Source: Flectonema sp. DT1601
Lineage: Eukaryota
Direction of reading: 5' to 3'
DNA: 64,000 nucleotides
NCBI GenBank assembly: GCA_964019425.1
Contig: OZ025784.1
Span: 434,001 to 498,000 of the forward strand
The position numbers and the translations under genes are program-made. The notes below the pieces were generated by a model that saw nothing but the letters and a program-made list of their open reading frames with translations, ran no database searches and was not told the DNA's origin. The first letter of the stretch is position 1; each line of letters opens with the position of its first letter. Positions 12,351-24,930 of the stretch are shown here, one piece after another.

Positions 12351-12781
12351 TTTATTATATTGTCTTTAATTGAGGAAAAAAATTTTTTTTTCATCATCTC
12401 ATCCGTAGTAACCTTTCAAAAATAATAAAAAAAAAAAAAAAAAAAAAAAAAAAATGAAAGATGCCTGAAAAGGCTGATTGCATACTTTTTTTTTTCTTCT
12501 ATTTCTTTTGAAGTAATGACAACAAAAGCTGTGGTGACATTCGATGTGATACCACAGCAGTGCGTAATCAATGTCTTTAAAGAAATAGTAGCGAATATTC
12601 AAGGCTTCAATGGAGAACATTGAAGGGCCGAAGTGGAGAAGGTTTCCGTGTCAACAGCAGTTGGACACGGGTGTAAATCAGCAGAGAAAAAAAAAAAAAA
12701 ACGAATTTTCAGTTAGTGGAACAAAACAATAACGAAAGAGGAAAAAAAAAAAAAAAAAAAAGAAAATTCAATGAATGTCAA

Positions 12782-15700
12782 TTATTCCTTTGTCTTCATA
12801 CCTAAAGTAACCGACGAGACTCTACATGATAAGTCTTCACTGAGTGATACGAGGATAGTTGTGTTGTCGTTATTAAGTCTGAGTTGAATACACTTAAGGA
12901 TCGCAATGATGTTATTTCCTTTAATCTTACTCGACGACGTGAATGTTACTTTAATTAATTGAGGTTCAACAATAAGAATTCCCATTACATTAGGTCCTTG
13001 GAGTAATAACGTTCCGTTCTGCTCAGTTCGAAAACCGGAATCCTTCATTGCGAGAGTTAGTTTGTCAGGAGCAGACAGCGAAGTACTCGAAGGAAGTAAT
13101 TGAACGCTAACCGATCCCATTGTGAATGGTAATTCAAGGCAGTTCAGTTGAAGTTTACAGAGAGGAAATGAAACTCCTTTTTCTAAATAAATATTCAAAG
13201 GCTGAGACAATAACGGTAGTCGTACGTCGATGCTAAATTTTTCCTTACCATCCGCAGGATTTGATGCGTCTGTCAGTTTAATTTGAAAACTTCGAATCCC
13301 CTCTTTGTATTTATCCGCACCACTTTGCATGTAAGCAATACAAGATAAAATATAACTGAGATCTGACATTGTGACGAACGGTTGATCTTTTCCGAATATT
13401 ATTTTAATGTCTTGGGAACCACTTTGATTTTTTAAATACTGCAAACTGCATTGAGCTCCACTTGATAGCTTAAACACCTTATCATCTTCTTGAAATGGAA
13501 AAACAAAACTCTCGGCATTATCAACAAAGAACGGGAACTGTTCTCTGTTTATTGCTTCTTGACGTTGGATCTGCTCAACTTGCTGCTGTTCAGAAAGCAT
13601 CATTAAGATATCTCCTTTACCTCCTCCAGCTAGTAGCTCAATAGTTAGTGAACCACCATCACTAAAGCACGCTGTATCATCATCTCTGATCACCCCAGTG
13701 TGTAATGGAACTATGCACATTGGTAGCCTTGAATCATCGGAACACCATCTGTATCTTAATCTTTCATCTTTGAATATAATTTCAGCGATGTCATTAGTTT
13801 TTTGTAAGTCTATATCTACAAATGCCTGACTGCTTGACCAACTTCCGTCATTCAAAACAACTTTTACGATTTTTCTGCAAATTTGAGGATCAGGAGAGGT
13901 GCTCTGATACGTAATATTTCTGAACAAGATCGTGATGTCTCGTTTCTTCATCAAAACTCCCTTTGCGAAGAATATCGCAAGATGACCAGGATATAAGAAG
14001 ATGTGACCAACAACCCTTCCTTCGACAGCTAATTCAGAACAGGAAGTCATCCCTGGAGGAGGAGAGTGTCTCGATGGAAATTTCTGAAAAAGAGTTTTTT
14101 TGGGTAATTTTGCAGCATTTTTTGCATTTTTTCGAAAACGATCAGTGAGAGAAACGCCAAGAGGATCACTTTGAAAAACGCTACTCGATCGACGTGCAGA
14201 AGTTTCCAACGAATCCGACCCAGCTCTATCCTTACCACGACAAGCATTAATCAATGCGTTGGTGGCAATGTTTGCTAAGTGTTTTGATTGATCAGCTTTA
14301 CCTGATACAATGTCTTGAATTTCTTGTTCTGTTGAAACCCATTCCTTCAACACACAAGAGACTGAATCTAACTCTCTCATGTCAATAGAATCTTCTCCTT
14401 GACAATACCCTTCAATCATATCGATGATGATTGACCCTCCCTCATAATTATCGATATACTGATCGTGAAGTAGTTCAAATGATGATAACCGTCGAGGTCC
14501 TGATCCCTTAGTGTATCTCAGAATTGAAAATTTCGAATGCACAGATATCAGTGACGGTGTTGCCTTGATGCTTACAGATGATCCGATTTCCGGCATTTTA
14601 CTCTCTTCGATTATTAATTCCTCGAGTTGTTTTTGTGGATTATCAAATCGAAGAAGAGTCGGACCCAATCTGATCTTTAAATCAACCAACCTCGTCGTGG
14701 CTGTACTTATATTACTCTGACCGTTGTAGTACACGACCGTTCTGAGAAAGGCTTCTGCAGAGTCAATCGTCGCATTTCCATCTTCAGTAAATTTCAATGT
14801 AATTCCCTTATAGTTTTTAACTCCTAAAGCACTTACAGATGTTTCGTCGACTGCATCAGGAGAGCTCTTACTCATCATAAAATCAGTGAGTCCTTTCAAA
14901 CCATTAAAGTTTCTCATAGAACTGTGTGACTTTTCCTGTGCCCTGTTGACAATCCCCAGCATGCGATTTTTCTTTTTTGGGATATCCGATTCTGAAATCA
15001 AATGAAATGATATCTTACCAATTATGTTTGAATTGTGAAAAACTTCATTAGTTGGCGACACGTATATTCGATCATTTTCCATCTCAGAAGGAACTACGAA
15101 AGCCGATTCTTCAAGATGAAGAGTATCCCCTCTTTGCATTTGAGTTAATGTAATTTGAACAGACCCACCAACAAAGTGTTCTGTGTCAGGATCTATAAGG
15201 GTCGCATCACGGAATAATGTTAAAGTCATTTTCTGCATGTGAAGTCGAATGTCTTCCGGAACATATCCACATCCAGCATGATATAATAAATGGTTTTTTA
15301 CTAATTTTAATTCTGCAGGATCATCGTGTGCTTCCACTTCGATGTCAATTTCTATTGTCGATATTGACCCTCGTTCATCTACTAGCGATAATGTGATCTT
15401 TCTTTCACCAGGAACTGGATCCTTAGTAGTATTGTGGTACCTGAGTCTTTCAACTATTCTTTTTACTATTTCTGCGGTCACGATTACTGGTGGTGGTTGG
15501 AATAAATTTAAAATTATTTTTCCTCCATTTTTACGAGGCTGAACAGATTCAGAAGGGTCTACTACTTTACTAAGCAGTACTCCTTCCGTAACTATTGCAG
15601 CTGGTGAGTCTCTTACTCTGATGATGTTATCGCAATCAGAATAGTGTAGTAGAGGTGGGCTTGTCATTCCCAATGCGTTTGTGACAGGTTGCATACTTCG

Positions 15701-18420
15701 AAGAACGACGTGATCGTGTTCAGTGTATCCTTCTGTGAATTCTACAATTAGCTTTCCTCCACCAAAATGGGTAATTCCTGTTCCATTACCGTCAGCAACA
15801 ACAACCTCTCCTTGTTTATTCTTTGATACGATTGCTGGATCGTGTGTTCTGACTTCGTCAACAAGTTGTCTTCCTTTATCACAACCTTCCTTCCACTTTA
15901 CCAGAACATTACTTTCAACCGATGCAGCATGACACAGAGATGGTAGTAAATTAATAACGTGTTCAATAATACAAACAGTAACAGTATCAAATGATTGAGG
16001 AAGAGGGACATTGGATTCAACTTCTTCAACGACATCGTTGTGTAAGTGAAAATATGAATCCTGAATATCTCCTTTAGCAAATTTCACATCAACCACCGTC
16101 TCAATAATAATTGGATACGATCGTGGACACTCACGTCTGTCAGAGCGGTAACGAATGCCTTCTATTAGTTCTTTAATATCAGTGAGTGTCGTACTTCCAT
16201 CACTATTTAAAGGAATAATTAATTCACAACTATTGACAGGTTCGATTCCCGGTGTCGCATCATTCATAAGCCAGTTTCCCTGATCCCAGGCATCTTCACT
16301 GTCATTTGTTGGTTTTATTGTAAACCTGGCTTCCCCTCCCCATATTGTCAATTTTCTGTTACGTACAGTGTCTGCTTCGGGCCATTTAACCTTATTTTCG
16401 GGTGGTTTTTGTTTGTTTGTTTCCTTTGGACCGATTTCTTTTTCGATTGTATCCAAAATACGTATCATAAACTCTCTATCTGGATAGGTATGTGCCTGTG
16501 ATGGAATATTTATTTTTTATGATATAAGTATGCTTTGTTTTTTATAAGATAAAAATAACATACATTCGTCCTGTGTTTAGCGTTAATGGCTAATTGTGTT
16601 GAAGCTTGTTGCTGTTGCTCTGTTACGTTGCTAATTCCCCTGGTAAGAATATCAGAATAGCCTTCTGACCATTCCTCACTTAGAGATGTTGTAATCGAAA
16701 AAGAATTCAACTGAGCTGCAGTCCAATGACAATCCTTCTGCAATAAAACACATCGAGGGAAGGATATTAATTCAGAAGACGTTGTTGTGATATTTAATGT
16801 TGGTAGCTCTCCGACAACGATTGATCTCTCAGCAGAGACGTCTGAAAACTGTGATTTTATTCTCGCAAATTTTATATATGACAGCAAGCAATCAGCGATT
16901 ATTGGTCGCATTATCTCTTCTTCTCTTTCATGTTTCTCTCTCGCACGTTCTTCATTGGTGCAAAATCCACGTCTTTGCTGCATTAGAGTGATCTCACGCT
17001 GTTGTTCTACGAGTCGTTTTCTGTCGAAGATGAATTTTAGTTCTGATCGTCCTTCCGATATGAGTCGATATCGTTCTTCGGTTTCTTCTTTCATGAGGAG
17101 TACAACTGTTTGGTGTCTCGTTGATACCCAGTTCCAATGATTGATGTGCCAATCGTGGTTTTCATTTACTTGAGTTTCACATTCCTCCTCAAGTACTGAT
17201 CTCTGTATTAATTCAGCTTTCTCCATATCGAGTCTCGCTAGTTCTTCTAAGTGAAAACGATGACGCTCACGTGATTTTGCTTCTCTCCAGGACATGCCGT
17301 TCTTCTTTCTTAAAGTTATTCGTGTCGTAGTGTACTCTGCTTCTAATGATGTTCTCCAACCCTCATCTAATAATTCAATTACTTCACAACAACTTCTTAA
17401 ATACGTTTTGAATGTTTTTAGTCGAAGTTTTCGTTCTTCTGAAATAATTATGAGGAGGAGTCTTTCGGTTTTTTTCTTTTGAATTTCCCATGCTATTCTC
17501 GCTATAAGATTCTTTGTTACAGACTTGTATGTTTTAAAATAGTGTCGCATCAGTCTGTAATACGCTGATTGTATTTCTGATCGTTCGATCTTTTCTCTCT
17601 CAGAGGTGCTGATCCGACTTTGTAATCTCTCGTCTCTCCATTCATTTTTCATTAATTCAAAGTCTTGCTGAGCTTGTTTTTGTTTAATTTGGATCTGATA
17701 TGATAAATTTGCTTGTGCTGCATTTTGTAATTGTTGTATGCATTTTTGGGACATTTCACAATCATTTATAATTATTTCAGTTATTGCTTGATTCTTCTCG
17801 AGAAGTAATAATATTCTCTCGAATTCCTGAACTGACGACATCGTATTACCAGACAGGTTGACACTACTGGCATCAGGGTTGCATTGCAACGACTCACAAA
17901 CTAAGAAAACATCACCCGAAGAGAGACAAGAATAAGAAAAATCAAACGAATTTGAAAGTATTTCTCTTGGTGACGAACATCGACTTAGTGAAATCATTTT
18001 CGTTATTTTAACGGCTGCGTTGCTTTTTTTTGATGAGTCCGTTGCAGTTGCTGACGGAAGTGGAAACAAACAATCACCTCCTTTAATAGAACTTTCAGGA
18101 TATTTTGTTTGTGATTTTAATTTTAAAAGTGATCGGAGGGTTCTTTGATTAACTCTCTTCTTTAAACTTCTTTTTTTTCTTCGTTTACTTCCGATTTCAT
18201 CCCTACTTGATGCCTGGCTAGCAATACCAACAAAACCCATTTGGTCAACTTCTTGACATTCAATTCGAATGCCGTGGTCGTAGTCGGGTTTTTTCATCTT
18301 CTTTACCTTTCCCGCCACCCTTCCAATTTCAGACTGGTATCTATTCCAAGCATTAATGTAACGTCTTTCATTATTTGATTGGTTGTTGGCAATAGGGAAT
18401 AGTATTGGAAGAACTGCCAT
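12782..18420 (-). CDS. Large (~1850 aa) protein: LRR-like patch, coiled coil, then repeated Ig/cadherin-like beta modules. Exons 18420-16564 and 16495-12782
   Basis: A 68-bp intron 16496-16563 (GTATGT...catcacAG) joins the 667-aa and 1228-aa ORFs in frame. Likely start MAVLPILF at 18420, just after the acceptor aaactcAG. Confidence 0.8.
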
Positions 18421-21400
18421 TAAGATATTCCTGAGTTTTTTATTGAAATAAAGTAATCTTATAATGGTTAATAAGGACTTGGGTAGTCGCCAATTCTCAA
18501 AAAAAAAAAACACACATTTTTAATTTTTTTTTCTGAATAAATTAAGTAAAATAAAACTAATAAAAATCAACTTAAATGAACGAGAATCAATTTTAACAAA
18601 TTGCAAAACGACAACGTTCCCCACCACAAATATCCTACAACAAAATTTGTGACACAGATCTTTGTTATTACAAATTGGTTTCAAAGTATTTCGTGGCGGC
18701 ATCCCAACAACAACATCACAACACGTTACGGGAGAGCATGGATCCCCCTAAAATTATCCGCAATCTGGGGAGGTAATAACTTGGACAAGGAAATGAAAAA
18801 GTTATTTCCCTCCACACGAACGTTAGCGCGGCGTCAAAAAAGAGGGAGAGTGGAGGGGAAAAAAGAAAAAAAGAAATATTTGCTAGAATCTCCCAAAAAA
18901 CAAATAAAAAAAAAGTGCTAATTTTTTTATGCGCAAAGATTGCTCACCACGAAATACTATGGATAGAGAGGAAGAATAGAAAAGTTTTTTTAAAAAAAAA
19001 AAAAAAAAACGGGAAATCACCACCTGCCACCTTTTGAAAGATCCCAAAAATAAAAAGAAGGCGCGCACAATCACTAAAAGAAAACTGGGAGGGAAAATAG
19101 TGAAGTAAATTTAGTTGTTTTTTTTTCTTTTTTTTTTCCAAAGTATTCGGCATTTTGTTCGCAACGCTGTTTAGGAATCAGAGCCTCAATCTCTGATCCC
19201 AAAACAGTTAGCCAAATAAATCCTCCAACAAAAATTACAAAGGAAAGAAGTAATTTCAAAAATATTGACAGCAGAATAGAAAACTGTCAAAAGTTTAAAA
19301 GAGAACGACTCTACGCGAGAAGGCCTCTCTTTTAAAAGCTCAGTAAAAAATATGAGACGCAGCCTCACTCAAAACCGCTTCTTTCGGATACAAAATGGAC
19401 ACTGATGTATTTCTTCATGTAATGCCACTTTGACAACAAATAGAGAAAAATATTTTTAAATTGAGGGAAGAAAAAAAAAAAAAAAAAGAAGAAAAAAATA
19501 GGGGAAAAAGAAATTGTCGACGAGAGATCTCCAGTAGTTCCTTTTCTTGAGCAAACAGAACGACCTGAGTACGTCTGTTCAACAACATTTGAAAAGAAAA
19601 AGAACAAACAGGAATTTTCGTAATAGAATAGTGTTTTAGTGGCTTTGCATGGTTGTCTTTTCTTCAACACCAGAGACTACTGACCATAAAAACTCAACCA
19701 TAGTTAACCGAATGAAAAGAATAAATGACGTATTTCGGGGTATTCAGCTTTGAGTCAACAAAATAATTTCTTCTGACTCTCATATTTCTTCATTCTTTTC
19801 TTTTCTTTTTTTTTTTTTTTTTTAATACAGCAAATTATAGTAATATAATAATATTTCTTCCAACATGTGTGTAACCCTAATTTCTCCTCTTTTTACTGAG
19901 AAACATAACATAAAAAAAAAAAAAAAAAAAAAAAACCATCGTGTAAAACACACAAATCATAAACAGATACTAACTAGAAACTAATACAACCAGAGAAGTG
20001 CAATAGCGCCATATGATTCATTAACTAAATATGTATCAAGTCATTACGTGTGTCAGTATTCAGACTAAAACAATAAGAATTTCCATACAAAAGAAAATCA
20101 TTGAATGAAACTTTGACTTGCCCGATGATCCCTTTTTCTATTTCAAGTTAAAAACAAGATTTTCAATTTTTTGTGTCTTCACAATAAAAAAAAAAAAAAA
20201 GAAAAGTACAAAAAGAGCGCCCTGTCACACACACGGATGACAAACACGCACCCAACATTTTTCAATGAGCTTTGTTGGATTAATACAATATAAAAAAAAT
20301 TAAAAAAAAAAAAAAAAAAAAGAAACATATCTCTGCAGCTGTGCGGGTTTGAGTACTATCCTCGCAATTTTTAATAACAGCAAGAAACAAAGAATATTGC
20401 AAACAGGGAAATACGAAAAGCGTTACATTAATTTTGAGAGGGAAAAAAAAAAAGTGAAAGGATTTCTTTACCTTTTTTTTTTCCCCCTTCTTTTTTTTTT
20501 TTTTTGCGTTAACTAAAAAAAAGCACGGTTACACTTTTTTTTTTTCACAGTGAAATTTCTCTTATATCAGACCCGCGAGCAGGTTGCTTGATTACGCGGT
20601 TCACATCGCTGTATTTATAGTGAGGCTGACAAATAAAAAAAAAAAAAAAAACTTTTACGTATTAATTTTTCTTTAAATTGCGTCTTAAGAAAATTGGAGA
20701 ACGAGGCAAGATTGTATTTTCCTGTTTGATAGAGACTAGGGATACCAAACCAATTTCACGTACAGCAGATACACATGTTTTTAAAATACAGATTTTTTAG
20801 CGTTAAACAAGTAATTAGCGTAATTCTTTATTAACCTTTTTTTTGGTTTGACCGAAAAAAAAAAAAAATTAAGAACACGCGTTTATACAAGATTTTTTGC
20901 GAGCGTTACAAAATTTTACTACCGTTCTAGATTATTGGTAGTAAAAAAATAAATGGAAAAAAAAAAAAAAAAACACTATTAATAAGTAACAGAACTGTGT
21001 TCGACAAGTTCTAAAACAGAAGAAACACAGGAGGAAGAATAAGAGGAAGAATATGCGTTAAAAATAAACTAGCTCTGTGTGACTACCGCAACTTTTAGCA
21101 GCTGCAACAGGCTTGACGAAGATAATAAAAAAAGTGAGGGAAGAGAGTAAATCACTTTTTTTTTTTTTGTTGTTGTTGTTGTTTTTTTTCTTTCTTTTAA
21201 TAAGTAAAAATGCTTATATGTGTGCGTTACAGTATTTTTTTACAAAATTCTCGGTACAAACATCACAAAGAAGGTGCTTCCGAGAAAATTTCGCAAAAAA
21301 AAAGAAATAAAATAAAAAAAGAGTCCGTACTCAATCACCTCCAAAACAACACTCCAACGAGGATGTAAAGGGAAAATGTGAAAAAAAAAAAAAAAAAAAA

Positions 21401-23921
21401 AAAAAAGGAAAACGGTCAATGAAATGTAAAAACAGCGAGAAGGAAAGAGGTTTTTTTTTTTTTTTTTTTTTTTCTTTCTTCTTCTTGACGAAGGGGACAA
21501 AGTTAGCTAAGGGAAGAGAGTAGGGGAAGAGAGGAACGAACTCACCCATTAAAAAGAGAATTGCATCAAAAAAAATATTTATTCTTGGAGGAATAACAAC
21601 AATAATAATACGGAGTTGCAATACATTTTGTAGAGAGAGAGAAAAAAAAAGAGATGTGCGTTACAGAATAATAATAAATATTATCGCGTTAGAGAATAAA
21701 TTTAAAAAAATAAAAATAAAAAAGCGTAGCAGTTACAACTCCCAAATCACAAAACAATAAGAAAAGAGTGCAATAATTCTACAACAGATTTGTTTTTCCG
21801 TTCGTGTTTTTTCTAAAGCTAAAAGTCAAGATAATCACACTTTTCAGAGGGGGGATATGAGGGAAACAAGACTGTTTTTACGGGGAAATAAAAAGAAAAA
21901 CTGCTCAGAAAATATCTGGGTGAGAACAAGCATATTCCTGTTTGCGCCTTCAAAAGAGTCAGTAAACTACCGGGAATAGAAGAAAAGAAAATACGGAAAG
22001 AGAGTTGGTTGGTTTTTGTTTCATTTTTTTGTTTCCATTTTTTTTAAAAAAAGAAAAAAAATAAATAATCATTACAAAAAAAAATCACAACATAAAAGTA
22101 GGTTTTGTGATTAGTGTAACACGATTTAACAAGAAGAATGAGGGAGGGGAAAACACTTGGTTTTCGTTTTTTTCAGGCTGCCAATACTTTCTTCAACAAC
22201 GAGTCTCCCTGACTTTAAATATTTTTTTTCGCAAACGTCGGAGAGAGAGAACTAGGAGCAAGCAAGTCTAGTACAATGAGGCGATAATTAATCTTATCGA
22301 GTGGCGAGTCGTCTCGTCTCGAAACCAAATAAAATAAATTACCAGACACCATACTTCTGACGTAACGAAAACTAAAGAATCCCCTTTGATTCAGTAGAAA
22401 GTATGATGATGTAGAGCACAACAAATAAAAAAATAAAAAAATTCTAACAAGTCGTTTAATTTGCAATTTCCTCATCTCCAATTGGAGCCGGAGAAAAAGC
22501 GATATACAGATTTCATTTGTACCGAAACAGTATAAAGTAAAGCTGTTTTTTTTTCTTATTGTTCGTTCTTTTTTTTATTCAACTCTGAAAATTCTGGTAA
22601 AAAGAGATAGATACATTGTTATCTATACCATAAGCGTTTTAATTACACGCAAAATTCGCAAAAAAACTTTTTTTTTTTTTAAAAAAAAGGTTTTGCAGTA
22701 GCACTACCCAAGAAAAATTGAGATTCAGAAAATGTCAGAAACACATCCTTCCCATTCCCCTAATTATTTTGTCAACAGAGAAGTGTCAGATTCAGCACAG
22801 CCATAACAAAACACTGGAGCAAACTCACCTTTTATTTAAAAAGTTTGTTTAAAAGGGACAGATGCTTACATTGTCGCACCAACATGTAAGATAGCAAGAA
22901 AAATTTCTTGAAGATTCGTCTTTTTTTTTTCGAGATCATCGACAAATCACAGCTACCAAATCGTACTACTTTACCATCATTCTCAAAGGGGATGGGGAAA
23001 TATGAACAAAAATGCAATGGGAAGGGGAGAAGAATCAAAAAAAAAAAAAAAAAAAATCGAAAGATGCATAAAAAGATGCTAATGTAAACCATTGGAAAGA
23101 AACAAATACCTGACAATAACCACTTTCTTCCGTTCAAAGAACCTGGGAATGTCGCATCGATTCTGAGAATACAACTTTTTAAACGTAAAGTCAATACACA
23201 CACCTGATTAGTATCGGTGATTGGGAAGAATACATGTAAAATACAAATATGAATCACGCTCTCGTGTCTCTCGATTTGACTTTATAATCGATTCCTTAAT
23301 CAACTAAAAACATTAAAAAAAAGTAATCTCTTTTTTTTAATCCTTACTGCCAGCGTCAGCCAGCAAAAGCTCATCAATAATCACTATGATGGAAATTTTT
23401 GGGAAAGTTTTTTTTTTTTTTTTTTTTTTCATCGCAATAGCGGATTCAATCTTTTAAAAGAGTTTAGAAAAAGATTGCCTGAATGAACTCAGTTTGGTAA
23501 GCAAAATGTTCCATCCCTTGGCACGCCACGTGTCGTTACAAAAGTCAGAATAGATGCTTAAAAAAAGTTTGGGGGGAATAAAAAAAAAAGATGATTTTTT
23601 TTTGTCACTTTTTTTTCAAGAACAAAAAAAAGGTAATAAAATAAAAACGTCATGTCGTCGTGTAATTCACCTGACCATCCACATTAATAGTAATGTAGTT
23701 GTGTCAAATAAAAAGGTTATTATGAATTTAAGAGAAGGGATTCACTCTTCCAAATCACTAAGAGGCTAAAGGTGCACAAGGTTAATGTTGAATTATTGTC
23801 GAAGGCAATTTTCGAAAGCTGTACGCTCAAATATTGTTTCCGATAATAATTATTATTAAACTTTTTCTCTTCATCTGCACAAGCAACTTTTCGAAAAAAA
23901 AAAGAAAATTCTTTTTTTTTT

Positions 23922-24587
23922 TTACTCTCTTGGTTGCAAATGTTGCAAAGAGCCTTCTGCAACTACATCAGTGTATGGAAAGTGATCTTCAAAAAAGTTT
24001 TCAGTTGCAGAAATTCTTTCAAAACCAACTCGTTTAAAAGTAACAGAACGAAGAACTTCAAGAGACCCGATTGCCGCCTTTGACGAATAACTTAAAGATC
24101 TCAATATCGAATACGTGAACATTCCTGTACGATGGATACCAGCTGCACAGTGAATCATAACGTTGTTTCCTTTCTTTAAGAATTCAGCAATACGCTCAAC
24201 TTCAGTATAAAGAGCATCAGTGTCCTTCTTGTGGTAGAGTTTCCAAAAATCAATTTGAATCCATTTAATTCCAACTTTTTCACACATCTTTCCAACATTT
24301 TTAGCTCCCTCAGCATCCTTCTGTAGAGTGACAACAACATCACATCCTTTATCAGCAAGGGCTTTGATATGTTTACCTCCTGGGAAGTGCATTAAATGAA
24401 GACCACCGGTCTTCTTTCCATTTAGATTTTTGACGCTACAAAAAGCTCCTGAAGTCTCCTTTATTTTACTGTGAATTTTTGGAACAGACCCCACCGTGGA
24501 GGAATATTCTGATCGAGTTGACGAAGCCTTGATGGTGTGCTCGGCATACAACTTCGACTGGCTAGCTTTTGATCCTTCGCAACCCAT
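23922..24587 (-). CDS. PTP/dual-specificity phosphatase family protein with probable N-terminal acylation
   Basis: P-loop HCAAGIHRTG (HCx5R); N-terminus MGCEGS fits myristoylation plus palmitoylation. Confidence 0.88.
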   Translation of the reverse strand: MGCEGSKASQSKLYAEHTIKASSTRSEYSSTVGSVPKIHSKIKETSGAFCSVKNLNGKKTGGLHLMHFPGGKHIKALADKGCDVVVTLQKDAEGAKNVGKMCEKVGIKWIQIDFWKLYHKKDTDALYTEVERIAEFLKKGNNVMIHCAAGIHRTGMFTYSILRSLSYSSKAAIGSLEVLRSVTFKRVGFERISATENFFEDHFPYTDVVAEGSLQHLQPRE

Positions 24588-24930
24588 TTTGTATTAGTAT
24601 GTTTTTAGTTTTGGTTTTGGTTTTTTTTTTGCCAATAAAAGCTGAAAAAAAGAAAATTAATAATAAAAACACTCCAACAATAAGATACATAAAAGAATGT
24701 AAAAAAAAAAAAAAAAAAAGTTAATTTTTTTTTCATGTTGTGACTGCACTGCGGGGGAAAAAAAACGTGTTTGACGAATTTGATTATGAGATAATAATAA
24801 AAAAGGTAGCTAACTAGCTTTCGGGCGATTAAAATGACCACTTAACACTAATGAAGACACACTACTCTCAACCAAAGGGTTGTCTGACTCTCAGCTGTTC
24901 AGCAATTACTTCATCTCACTTGTAGATTCC

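Noticed and set aside
19871..19881. Telomeric-like TAACCCTAA
   Set aside because: Only 1.5 units; expected by chance.
18520..23900. Many short ORFs rich in poly-Phe or poly-Lys (also 4.1-6.2, 37-39.6 and 58-60.3 kb)
   Set aside because: Translations of homopolymer tracts; no coding signal.
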